DNA of 64,000 nt from positions 111 through 64,110 of the forward strand of contig JAUZRK010000002.1 in the NCBI GenBank assembly GCA_030950485.1, written 5' to 3'. The notes under the pieces were generated by a model. The model did not search any database. It saw only the letters and a list, made by a program, of their open reading frames with translations, and had not been told where the DNA came from. Each line of letters starts with the position of its first letter. The stretch's first letter is position 1. Source of the DNA: Candidatus Dojkabacteria bacterium. Lineage in GTDB: Bacteria; Patescibacteriota; Dojkabacteria; J137. Position numbers and translations under genes: made by a program. Positions 8,834 through 18,082 of this stretch are shown here, piece after piece.

Positions 8834-9823
8834 TTAAGCTTCTAAATTAGTTTTAGTATATAGAGGACTTTTATAGACTCTTCCGTCTTCTATAAAATCT
8901 GGATTGAGTATTCTATAAAGAAAGTATTTTAATTCTCTTAAAAGACCATTCTTTAAGTAAAATTCATATCTAAGTCTATGGGCTCTTGGAATTGGTACAA
9001 CTATTAGATTCTTACTGTCATCAGATTCAAGATATTGTAATAGTTTTACTGCTACGTCTACTCTTCTCATATCCTCTAATCTTAATGATAAGAAGTCGCA
9101 AATATTTATTTTATCTTTATCAATTAACCCAACTTCATTATTTAATATTTTTCTGTTTACGATTTTAAATAGCGACAGGCCAAATTGAGTTACGCTTGCT
9201 AAAGCAAAAGGTAATATTAGAAATGATGTAACATTTGAAATTTCAGGGTTGATATCTTTAACTATAAGATTTAGTCCAAGCATAAATGCTGTAAATATAT
9301 TTAAAGTGTTTACACCAAACTCTTCAAGTGTCTGCCTAATAATGTAATAAAATCTATTAGCAATATCCGTAACCAGTATATCTGTATCTGCTTCTTTTGC
9401 TTCATTAATTAGGTCAGTGAAGGCGGCTCGCCTTAACTTTATAAATAATCCATTAGATTCTTCCCATCTAGCTCTCAAAGATTTCCAATATGGTTCATTT
9501 TCTTCTGACTTCATTAATACTGATTCTTCACCGTCAGCTTTATAATGTCTTATACCAAGGTTAATAAGTAATTTATAAACTGAATCAAAGCTATCAAGAG
9601 ATCTGGCTACTTCTTCTGGAAAGTATTCAGCAATTATAGCCGGAGGATTCTCAGTATCAAGTAGGTTTGATAGTAAGCGAGGAAGATTTTTATAGAATCC
9701 ATATGCAGAATCCTCATAATCCCAGTCGACTAATAATATTTGCTTGCCGTTTGGTGTCTCTATTAAGGCTGCTTTATCCTCTTCTATTAAAAAATCTATC
9801 TCTTTTATAAATTGTTCGTCCAT
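8834..9823 (-). CDS. Hypothetical protein (possible membrane segments in the C-terminal half)
   Basis: 329-aa ORF; the hydrophobic stretch ILPFALASVTQFGLSLF is a possible TM; no recognisable catalytic motif. Confidence 0.55.
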   Translation of the reverse strand: MDEQFIKEIDFLIEEDKAALIETPNGKQILLVDWDYEDSAYGFYKNLPRLLSNLLDTENPPAIIAEYFPEEVARSLDSFDSVYKLLINLGIRHYKADGEESVLMKSEENEPYWKSLRARWEESNGLFIKLRRAAFTDLINEAKEADTDILVTDIANRFYYIIRQTLEEFGVNTLNIFTAFMLGLNLIVKDINPEISNVTSFLILPFALASVTQFGLSLFKIVNRKILNNEVGLIDKDKINICDFLSLRLEDMRRVDVAVKLLQYLESDDSKNLIVVPIPRAHRLRYEFYLKNGLLRELKYFLYRILNPDFIEDGRVYKSPLYTKTNLEA

Positions 9824-10042
9824 ATACTATTAAGTTAAGTATGCTAAATTGTAAACATGAACGCAACTATAATTCGGCGTTTTACCTATATTATGTATTG
9901 AATAGTTATATATTATGCTATGACCATGAATCTGATGCCATAATTAAGGGACATATTGTGGTAGCTGGTATCATCTTACGTTTATTGACTATGGTATTTA
10001 TGAACCAGGGCTAAAAGATAGAGTTAATGATATAATTTATCT

Positions 10043-11233
10043 ATGAATAAAAGTAATTCAAGTAAAAAAGTATTTGTAGGACTCTCTGGCGGAGTTGACT
10101 CAGCTGTTTCTGCTTATCTACTGAAAGAACAAGGATATGACGTAACTGGAGTTTTTATGAAAAACTGGTCCGGCGATGATTTTGGAATACAGGATGAATG
10201 CCCTTGGGAGGAAGATCAAGCTTCTGCAATCGAAGTTGCAGAGTACTTAGATATTCCATTTATGTCTTTTAATTTTGAAAAAGAATATAGAGATAAAGTA
10301 GTTGAATACTTTTTTGATGAATATAAATCAGGGAGAACTCCAAACCCTGACGTAATGTGTAATAAAGAAATAAAATTTAAATTGTTTTTAGATAGGGCTT
10401 TAGAAGAGGGAGCAGATTTTATTGCAACGGGGCACTATGCTAGGAAAGTAACGAGTAGCGAGTTACGAGTTACGGGTAATACATTAAGAAATAAAAAAGC
10501 TACCTCTCAAAACCCAGAACTCGAAACCCGCCACTCGTTACTCAAAGGTGTGGATCCTACAAAAAACCAAGTTTACTTTCTTTACAATATTACTCAAGAG
10601 CAATTAAAGCATGTTCTTTTTCCTATTGGAGACATTGAGAAAGCTGAAGTTAGGAGTATTGCTAAAAGTGCCGGTCTTCCAAACGCAGACAGGCCTGATA
10701 GTCAGGGTATTTGTTTTATAGGAAAGATAAACGTTTTGAACTTTTTAATGAGTAGAATTCCAAAGAAGCCTGGGAAGGTTGTTGATATTGAGACTAACAA
10801 AGAAGTTGGTGACCACGAAGGGATATATTTTTATACAATTGGTCAAAGAGCCAAAATAGCAAATCAGAGTGATGCATATTTTTACTGTGATAAAAATGTT
10901 GATGAAAATATAATGTATGTCTGTCACGGGACGGAGAATGTGAATTTGTATTCGGATAGTGTTGAGTTAGAAGATTTGCATTTGATAAATTCGGTAAATA
11001 TAAACCATAGTTTACAGAATTCCGAGGGGGAATCACCCACCCTGCCCTCCCTCAAGGGAGGAAAAATGCAGGCTATGGTGAGGTATAGGCAGGAGCCACA
11101 GCCAGGGGTTTTGTACTTCGAAAATGATTCATGGAGATTTAAATTTGACCAAAAAATAAGAGCAATAGCTAGTGGTCAGAGTTTGGTATTGTTTGATGGA
11201 GATGTTTGTTTAGGGGGAGGGATTATTAAGTAA
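10043..11233 (+). CDS. mnmA: tRNA-specific 2-thiouridylase MnmA, with two lineage-specific in-frame insertions
   Basis: PP-loop SGGVDSAV; GICFIG; C-terminal GQSLVLFDGDVCLGGGII. Two GC-rich insertions relative to E. coli MnmA, at about nt 10446-10544 and 10990-11100. Confidence 0.9.
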   Translation: MNKSNSSKKVFVGLSGGVDSAVSAYLLKEQGYDVTGVFMKNWSGDDFGIQDECPWEEDQASAIEVAEYLDIPFMSFNFEKEYRDKVVEYFFDEYKSGRTPNPDVMCNKEIKFKLFLDRALEEGADFIATGHYARKVTSSELRVTGNTLRNKKATSQNPELETRHSLLKGVDPTKNQVYFLYNITQEQLKHVLFPIGDIEKAEVRSIAKSAGLPNADRPDSQGICFIGKINVLNFLMSRIPKKPGKVVDIETNKEVGDHEGIYFYTIGQRAKIANQSDAYFYCDKNVDENIMYVCHGTENVNLYSDSVELEDLHLINSVNINHSLQNSEGESPTLPSLKGGKMQAMVRYRQEPQPGVLYFENDSWRFKFDQKIRAIASGQSLVLFDGDVCLGGGIIK

Positions 11234-11264
11234 TAAGTACTAAGTAAAAAGTAAAAAATAAAGA

Positions 11265-11317
11265 GTGAAAAGTCAAATGTAAAACACAAGAATAAGGTTT
11301 TACTTTTGACCTTTTAC
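11265..11317 (+). terminator. Long imperfect hairpin (terminator-like) built from GTAAAAG-type motif
   Basis: GTGAAAAGTCAAATGTAAAAC ... GTTTTACTTTTGACCTTTTAC (18/21 complementary) followed by a T-rich run. Preceded by AGTAAAAAGTAAAAAA, the same motif as the 8001-8127 array. Confidence 0.55.
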
Positions 11318-11332
11318 TTTTAACTTATCAGT

Positions 11333-11782
11333 ATGAAAATAAAACTCCGAGTACGGCTTATAATTCCATTCAAAAATAAATTACTATTAGTTGAAGATAC
11401 TAAAAATAAGTTTTGGTTTTATCCAGGTGGTAAGGTTGAGTATGGTGAAAGCATTGAAAGAGCTATAAAGAGAGAGATTGTGGAAGAATTAGGTGAGGAT
11501 AGAGAATTTAAAATGGATAAAATCTTATTTATTCGAGATTTTATTTTACCCGAAAAAAATGAACATAGCTTAGAATTATTTATATTGGGAAAACTAAATA
11601 ATTATGATGACTTAGAAGAAAGGACAGATCCAGAATATAATAATGAACATATTTTTAGATTTATAAATATAGAGGAACTCCCAGTAGAGTTATATCCTCA
11701 AGATTTAACTAAGAGAATTGTTGAAGGCTTTAAGAATGGATTTGAAGGAATTAAGGGTGAGTATGTTGGGAATTTGAGCTAA
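11333..11782 (+). CDS. NUDIX hydrolase
   Basis: Nudix box GGKVEYGESIERAIKREIVEELGE matches GX5EX7REUXEEXGU. Confidence 0.8.
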   Translation: MKIKLRVRLIIPFKNKLLLVEDTKNKFWFYPGGKVEYGESIERAIKREIVEELGEDREFKMDKILFIRDFILPEKNEHSLELFILGKLNNYDDLEERTDPEYNNEHIFRFINIEELPVELYPQDLTKRIVEGFKNGFEGIKGEYVGNLS

Positions 11783-11881
11783 ATAATTGTTGAAGGACAA
11801 TCGATAATTATCATTGTTGTCTTCTTTTTTGACATTTTAATCAATTTGAATCATCATATTTGTATTGTAAAATGATTAAAT

Positions 11882-12556
11882 ATGATAAACATACAACAAT
11901 ACGGCGGAGCTGGAGTTTTTAAATGGGATAAGAATTATCTTTTTAGAGTATTAACTGAAGGTAAGAATGCTCCTATAAAAGATTCAAATATCGCGGCTGC
12001 TTTTAGACAGATTGATAGAATTAACTTTACTCCAGAAAGATTCAGATCTGATGCATATCAAGATTTAGATTTAGAAATAGGTTATGGGGAAAAATTTACA
12101 CGTCCAACTGTTGTAGCTCAAATGGTTACGTTGTTAGAACCTAAGCTTGGAGGTAAATATTTAGATATTGGAACGGGAACTGGATATTTTGCATGCTTAT
12201 TAGGATTTATTGCTGGAAGTGAAGGGATTGTTTATAGTATCGAAAGAGTTCAATGGCTTTGGGAAGAAGCTAGAAAAAATGCAGATAAATATAAAGGTAA
12301 AATGAATTTAAAGTTTTTATTTAGAGATGGATCCGAAGGACTACTTAATCAAGCACCTTTTGATGGAATTCATATTTCATTTGCATTTGAAGAAATTCCA
12401 AACGAGATAAAGATGCAATTAAAAATTGGAGCTAAATTAGTTGGTCCAACAACGGATTATAACCTTCGTGTAATTACTAGATTAGAAGAGGATCATTTTG
12501 AAGAAGAGATAACTCCTGGGTTTATGTTTGATACTGGGAAGGAGGGAGTTGCTTAA
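11882..12556 (+). CDS. pcm: Protein-L-isoaspartate O-methyltransferase
   Basis: SAM-binding motif YLDIGTGTGYFACLL and overall PIMT-family pattern (ISAAF..IDR..F.P). Confidence 0.8.
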   Translation: MINIQQYGGAGVFKWDKNYLFRVLTEGKNAPIKDSNIAAAFRQIDRINFTPERFRSDAYQDLDLEIGYGEKFTRPTVVAQMVTLLEPKLGGKYLDIGTGTGYFACLLGFIAGSEGIVYSIERVQWLWEEARKNADKYKGKMNLKFLFRDGSEGLLNQAPFDGIHISFAFEEIPNEIKMQLKIGAKLVGPTTDYNLRVITRLEEDHFEEEITPGFMFDTGKEGVA

Positions 12557-12590
12557 ATATTAAATTTAATTACTTTACAAATAATACATA

Positions 12591-13850
12591 ATGGCTGATG
12601 AGCAAACTGAGAAAATTACAGAACTTAATTTAGATTTTCAGCAAAGTCCTGTAATAGTTGAAGGATTTGACAACAATACAGATACTAGTGCTCTAGAAAA
12701 AAGTATTGCTGAAGTAAATAGAGTATTAGGTATTGATAATCAAGAAGCAAGAGTCTTATCGGAAAATATTCCTTTAGCAAATGTTAGTAAGAGATCTACA
12801 ATGTACGCAGAGGGTTCAATGGAAGTAATAGAGGAAAAGGGACGAGAGGTAGGTGTAATTTCTTTAAGAGAAAGCGAACATTTAACATCAGACAATGTGA
12901 ATAGTTCTAGTTCAAGAACTGAAGAATATTTCCACTTAGTACATGCTCAATCTAATGAGACTTTTAGAGGGATGATGCGAAGAATTAGGGTAGGAGAAGC
13001 TACATTAGAAGAATATAGGGCAGATAGAGTTAATGAGATTCAGGCAGGTTTAGTGCTAGCTATGCCAGACCTAGATCCTATATCTGAAGATGAGGAAGTG
13101 ATGAGGAGATACAGAGCTCTGCCTGAAATGATGCAATTAACTGCAGAAGTTTTAGCAGAATATCCTGAACAATACAATCCTATTGTAGCTACTAATGCTG
13201 ATATGAACAGATTCATAGAGAATCCAGACTACGCAATAGAAGTTACTGAACAATTTTTAAGTGGAGCGATAACTGAAGGAAATGAGTTTGAGATTGATAA
13301 TCAATCAGTTAGAGCTTTAGTTTATAATTTAGCAGGACAAGCTGCTTATCAAACTAGCTTAGGTGGAACTAATGATTTAGATTTAGAACGGAGAGAACGA
13401 AAAATAGTTCATGACTATATGATTAAACAAAAAAATGAGCAAAACAGGAATCTAACTGAGGATGAGGTGAGAAATGAACTGGCGGGTAAATCTATTGACT
13501 ATATTCGAATAAGTAACGAAGTAAGTCAGATTAAAGACAAGATGTCGCTTTTAGCTGAACTTATAGCGAAAGCAGCTGTCGCAACTATCCATGACCAGGA
13601 TATTGATATTGATGAAGAATTTAAAGAAAGTTGGCTTGGGTACACTGAATTAATTACAAAAAATAAGGAAAGGTTGTCTGAAATAACTTACTATGCTCAA
13701 GATCTATTTAAGGATCTGAGTAATCCTCCAAATGGTTTAGCTATAAATGAAATAAAAGTTTTCAGAAGGAGACTACTAGAAGTAAAAACTGAATTTGAAC
13801 AATTAGATGTCTTAATGGAATATCAAGTTTTAAAGGAAAGTAGGGGATAG
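12591..13850 (+). CDS. Hypothetical protein
   Basis: 419-aa ORF, acidic, no recognisable domain. Its 3' end overlaps the convergent gene by 89 nt. Confidence 0.55.
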   Translation: MADEQTEKITELNLDFQQSPVIVEGFDNNTDTSALEKSIAEVNRVLGIDNQEARVLSENIPLANVSKRSTMYAEGSMEVIEEKGREVGVISLRESEHLTSDNVNSSSSRTEEYFHLVHAQSNETFRGMMRRIRVGEATLEEYRADRVNEIQAGLVLAMPDLDPISEDEEVMRRYRALPEMMQLTAEVLAEYPEQYNPIVATNADMNRFIENPDYAIEVTEQFLSGAITEGNEFEIDNQSVRALVYNLAGQAAYQTSLGGTNDLDLERRERKIVHDYMIKQKNEQNRNLTEDEVRNELAGKSIDYIRISNEVSQIKDKMSLLAELIAKAAVATIHDQDIDIDEEFKESWLGYTELITKNKERLSEITYYAQDLFKDLSNPPNGLAINEIKVFRRRLLEVKTEFEQLDVLMEYQVLKESRG

Positions 13851-14613
13851 CCTCATCCATCTCCCATAACAACCTATTAACTCTCAGATCACCTAAGCTA
13901 ACCTCTGCCAAATCTTTTTCAAGCAGCATTTGAACATTTGCCTCCGCCTCCACTCTACTCCACGGACAAGCTAAAAGTTTAAGAGTTAAATTTACTGCAT
14001 CTTGAAACTTTTTATTTAACATTTCCTCCCTAATTTTTATAATTGAAGCAATCTGCTCATTTATTAAATGATCCATAATAACTGATCCAGATATAGCTTT
14101 TTCTTTTTCAACATATTCAATACAAAACTTAGCAATTAGTGGTGAGATTAATCTAACTCTTTGTTCAATAACTAATTGATTACCAACAAGCCTATCTATC
14201 TGAACTGCTATCTGACCAGATTTAGTACTTCGATTTTTATATCCTGTATAGAGCTTTTCTAGGTATAGTGAGGCCTCTGAATCGAGATTGCTAAGGCTTT
14301 TACTTACTAAACTTATTTTTTGAGCAGTAGTTATCTTATCGTTACCTTTATTGTAAGCATCAACATCACTACCATGTAAAATCTCATCATCATCATGAAT
14401 TGAGAATGTTGCATATAAATCTTGTATTAAATTTTCTTCTTTAGGAAATTCTTCTTCAAGATCTTTCGCTATGTAGCTTATTAATCTAATTCCTCTTGAA
14501 ATATGTTCTGCAGTAGTATCCCCTTTAACGTATGGATTATCTTTATATCTTTCCAGTCGCTCAGCTAGAAATTGGTTTTTTGAAACTAATTCTAAGATAG
14601 TTGAAGGCTTCAT
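13762..14613 (-). CDS. HD-domain phosphohydrolase, YfbR-like 5'-deoxynucleotidase family (putative)
   Basis: TTAEHISRGIRL and IHDDDEILHGSDV match YfbR motifs SEHS..VA and YHDASEVLTGD. The last ~40 aa look like a non-conserved C-terminal extension that overlaps the convergent ORF. Confidence 0.55.
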   Translation of the reverse strand: MKPSTILELVSKNQFLAERLERYKDNPYVKGDTTAEHISRGIRLISYIAKDLEEEFPKEENLIQDLYATFSIHDDDEILHGSDVDAYNKGNDKITTAQKISLVSKSLSNLDSEASLYLEKLYTGYKNRSTKSGQIAVQIDRLVGNQLVIEQRVRLISPLIAKFCIEYVEKEKAISGSVIMDHLINEQIASIIKIREEMLNKKFQDAVNLTLKLLACPWSRVEAEANVQMLLEKDLAEVSLGDLRVNRLLWEMDEAIPYFPLKLDIPLRHLIVQIQFLLLVVSF

Positions 14614-14697
14614 TAGTTAAATTCTTAATATGTAAATCGGTTACATGAGTATGAATTTAATTAAGATTTTATTCTAGTGAATAGGTATTAACCTAAG

Positions 14698-15459
14698 CTA
14701 ATCTTCAGAAGGAATTGAATCTCCAGAAAAATCATGAACTTGAATTTGTTCAGAGTAAGAAGGAATTATTTCTGTGTATTGTTTAGTTTTAAGTTGTTTT
14801 AGTATTTCAACTAGATAGTCCATTGAATTTTGTGAAGTTTCTTCATTTTTAATTGCTTCATCAATGCTAACCCAGAGGACATCTTGATGTGGCCATTTAT
14901 CATAAACGATCTCACCCTCGTAGGTTGAGCAAAAATAGATATTCATTATAACGTCTGAGAAAAGATCTTTATTATTATCAAGGTTAATTTTTCTTATTGT
15001 TCCAGCATATTTCATATTCTGTTCTAATACTTCAATCTCAGGTTGATCTCGTAACCTTCTTCTTAAAACTATTTCAGAAGTTTCTCCTTTTCTAACACTA
15101 GCTCCAAGAATACCTAAATCTCCATAAAAAGGTTGTTTCTTTCTTCTTCTATTTATAATCATTAATTCATCTGAGTCTTTCTTGAAGATTATTCCATGAG
15201 AGTAAAGTTTATATTTATCTGCTATTGGTCTGATTATACTGACTGGGTAAATTTCCTCTGTAAATTTCTGTCCTTGAATTGTTAGCTTGTAAAGATCGTT
15301 AATTTTTTCAATTAGGTTATCTTTTAGTAAATGCTTTAAATGATAATTGAAAAGATCTGAACCCATTTTGTAAGGTTGTAGTTCGGAGAATAGCTTCCCG
15401 GTGGGATAACTAATAAGGCTTCTGAGCATGTTTTCTCTTGTAGGGTTTAAATTGTTCAT
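14698..15459 (-). CDS. Winged-helix (HTH) plus degenerate Nudix-domain protein; putative transcription regulator
   Basis: The N-terminal ~70 aa align with the paralog at 51558-52250 (KLFSELQ...FNYHLKHLLKDNLIEK..DLYKLT.QG). The C-terminal Nudix fold has a degenerate box (GETSEIVLRRRLRDQPE, no REx2EE), so it probably binds rather than hydrolyses. Confidence 0.6.
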   Translation of the reverse strand: MNNLNPTRENMLRSLISYPTGKLFSELQPYKMGSDLFNYHLKHLLKDNLIEKINDLYKLTIQGQKFTEEIYPVSIIRPIADKYKLYSHGIIFKKDSDELMIINRRRKKQPFYGDLGILGASVRKGETSEIVLRRRLRDQPEIEVLEQNMKYAGTIRKINLDNNKDLFSDVIMNIYFCSTYEGEIVYDKWPHQDVLWVSIDEAIKNEETSQNSMDYLVEILKQLKTKQYTEIIPSYSEQIQVHDFSGDSIPSED

Positions 15460-15490
15460 TTATTGAATTATATACTTTAAATAATAGCAC

Positions 15491-15525
15491 GCAGATTAGG
15501 CAGATTTAGCAGATTCTCGCAGATT
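15491..15525. promoter_or_regulatory. Four direct repeats of GCAGATT at 9-10 bp spacing in a divergent promoter region
   Basis: GCAGATTagGCAGATTtaGCAGATTctcGCAGATT at 15491, 15500, 15509 and 15519. Lies between the wHTH-Nudix gene (-) and the GxxExxY gene (+). Helical-phase spacing suggests a regulator-binding array. Confidence 0.5.
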
Positions 15526-15619
15526 AAAAATCTTTCGAGATTCTTTCATATAAATACTTTTAGACTAATATACTTGCTTAAAAATGATAAATTTAGATAT
15601 GTATAAATATTAAGTATGA

Positions 15620-16042
15620 ATGGATGCATTTAAAGAGAAGGAGCTTACTGAAGTAATTATAAGAAGCTTTTATAAAGTATATAATAATTTAGGCTTTGGT
15701 TTTCTAGAGAAAGTATATGAGAATGCTTTAAAGATAGAACTGATTAAATCAAACTTGATCGTAGAATCACAACAACCCTTAAAGGTATTCTATGAAAACT
15801 ATCAAGTTGGGAGTTACTTTGCTGATTTAGTAGTAAACGACAAAGTGATTTTAGAGTTAAAAGCAGATGAGATTTTACATCCTGCACATGAAGCACAGCT
15901 AGTAAATTACTTAAGGGAAACGGATATTGAAGTGGGATTATTACTTAATTTTGGTAAGAGACCCCAACTTAAAAGAAAGATATGGAGTAATTCAAATCCG
16001 CGTAAATCTGCGTGCCATTTACTGATAACTACAACATCCTAA
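15620..16042 (+). CDS. GxxExxY-family protein
   Basis: GFLEKVYENAL contains the GxxExxY signature; the overall ~130-aa pattern (YFADLVVNDKVILELKA...HEAQLVNYL) is typical of this family. Confidence 0.75.
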   Translation: MDAFKEKELTEVIIRSFYKVYNNLGFGFLEKVYENALKIELIKSNLIVESQQPLKVFYENYQVGSYFADLVVNDKVILELKADEILHPAHEAQLVNYLRETDIEVGLLLNFGKRPQLKRKIWSNSNPRKSACHLLITTTS

Positions 16043-17120
16043 CCTCCGCATCTATAAATGCCTGAATATTACCATCTAAAACCGAATCAGACTGTGAAGT
16101 TTCTACTCCAGTTCGAACATCTTTAACTAGTTTATAAGGTTGTAGAACATAATTTCTAATTTGATTTCCCCAACCTGCAATTTTATATTCTCCTTTTTCT
16201 TGAGCCATTATAGCTTTCTGCTTTTGCTCTTCAATTTCATAAAGTTTTGCTTTAAGCATTCGCATAGCTGTTTCTCTATTTTGATGTTGAGTTCTATGTG
16301 CAGATGACTCTACCACAATTCCTGTTGGTTTATGAACAATTCGAACTTTTGAAGCTACTTTATTTACATTTTGACCTCCAGGTCCTCCACTTCTCATAGC
16401 TGTAAAATCTAATTCACTTTCATCAAGTTCAATATCGATATCTACCTCAACTACAGGTATCACTTCTACTCCCGAAAAACTTGTTTGCCTTAGTCCTTGA
16501 GAATTAAATGGAGAATTTCTAACTAATCTGTGAGTTCCATGTTCATGTTTTAAATAACCGTATGCAAACCTGCCTTTAATTTCTAGATTAACACTTGAAA
16601 GACCTGCTTCAGTTCCAGGTACTTGATCAATTATAGTAACCTTCCAACCAATAGAATTACAATATCTTGTATACATTCTTAAAAGCATCTCTGTCCAATC
16701 CATAGCCTCAGTACCTCCTTGTCCAGCATGAATACTTAAAATACAATCGCTAGAATCAAACTTTCCAGAAAGATAAGTTGAAATTTCAGTTTTATCAATA
16801 CTTTTTTCAAAGCTTTTAATTTCTTCTTGAAGCATTTCAATAACTTCTAGATCATCTTCAGACGACTCTTCTAACATCTCGCTAATACTTTCTGAAGTCA
16901 TGTTAAGTGTTTCAATCTCTTCAAACTCATTTGTAAGATCTCCTATATTTCTCATCACATTCTGAGCAGTATCATTATCATTCCAGAAATCCGTAGCCTT
17001 TGATTTTTCAGTTAAAGCCTCAAGTTCAACTTTCAAATTAGTTATATCTTTCTTTTCGATAAGATTTTCTAATTTAAGTTTTAGCTCTTTAGCTTTGTTT
17101 TGTAGTTCTATAAAAGTCAT
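16029..17120 (-). CDS. prfB: Peptide chain release factor 2, uninterrupted (no programmed +1 frameshift site)
   Basis: SPF tripeptide (VRNSPFNSQG) and GGQ motif (SGGPGGQNVNKVASKVRIVHKPTGIVV). The full 363 aa lie in one frame. Confidence 0.9.
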   Translation of the reverse strand: MTFIELQNKAKELKLKLENLIEKKDITNLKVELEALTEKSKATDFWNDNDTAQNVMRNIGDLTNEFEEIETLNMTSESISEMLEESSEDDLEVIEMLQEEIKSFEKSIDKTEISTYLSGKFDSSDCILSIHAGQGGTEAMDWTEMLLRMYTRYCNSIGWKVTIIDQVPGTEAGLSSVNLEIKGRFAYGYLKHEHGTHRLVRNSPFNSQGLRQTSFSGVEVIPVVEVDIDIELDESELDFTAMRSGGPGGQNVNKVASKVRIVHKPTGIVVESSAHRTQHQNRETAMRMLKAKLYEIEEQKQKAIMAQEKGEYKIAGWGNQIRNYVLQPYKLVKDVRTGVETSQSDSVLDGNIQAFIDAEVRML

Positions 17121-17193
17121 AGAAAGATTATATCATTAACAATTTTGTAAATGTTATATCAATTGGTATACTCCACTTGATTATAAAGTAAAA

Positions 17194-18081
17194 ATGATAG
17201 ATGAACTTATAAAAACAGGAGAAACTGATGAACCAGATGATTTAGATGAGAGGGGGAATATCGCTGAACTAGAGTCAATTAACCAAACTAGAATACAGTT
17301 GGGCCACTTTAAAAATGCTGCCAGAAGGTATATGTATAAAACTATCGAAGTAATTGAAAAAGGAGATTCTTTTAATAGTTTTTTAGCTACGTTATTTAGT
17401 CCTATTAGTATTCAAGGATTCTATAACTTACAGGCTACGATAGATCTTGCTTTGAATGATTTAAATATAGAGGAAATTGTTCCTGGTGTAATTTCTATAA
17501 ATTTTACAGTACCTATGAAAGAACTTGCAGCAATTAGTGTAATCCCAACGGTAGCAGCAAGTGCTATTAAAAAGGTTGTTCGTGGCGCTCTTGGTGATAG
17601 GCTTATAAGTATTACCAATAAATCAGATTGGAGAACAAATAATAGTACTTTTGAAGTTAAGATTAATTTAGAACAAGAATCTTAATCAGGTAAATCCAAT
17701 AAAATCTCTAGTTCGAACAAGGAAACTTTCGAGTATATTCAAGAAAAATTTCAAAAATGCTCTGTAAGAGGAGATATTATAGTTTATTATACTGGAGAAT
17801 CATTAGAACAAGCTGATTCTATCTTTCCGGTAATAACACTACAGATTTATAATACAGATTCAAAGTCATGGAGACCTGAATTTAAAGAGTATGTAATGTT
17901 TAAACCAACAGATTCTAATGGAAATGGTCCTGTACATGTTCTATCTAGAAAACATTTTGAATCTGAAGTTAGTAAATTTATTTTTGGATCAGCCAATCAA
18001 GTATTTGATTCTGTTTGCATGAGAAGAAAAGATAATGTATCTCAAGCTCCAGTTCTAATATTCGAAGAGATAGAAATGTAG
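17194..18081 (+). pseudogene. Hypothetical protein gene with one in-frame TAA (17683-17685); the same frame stays open to 18081
   Basis: ORF 17194-17685 (163 aa) is followed directly, in the same frame, by 132 codons of open frame with no in-frame ATG until 17896. Confidence 0.45.
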
Positions 18082-18082
18082 C

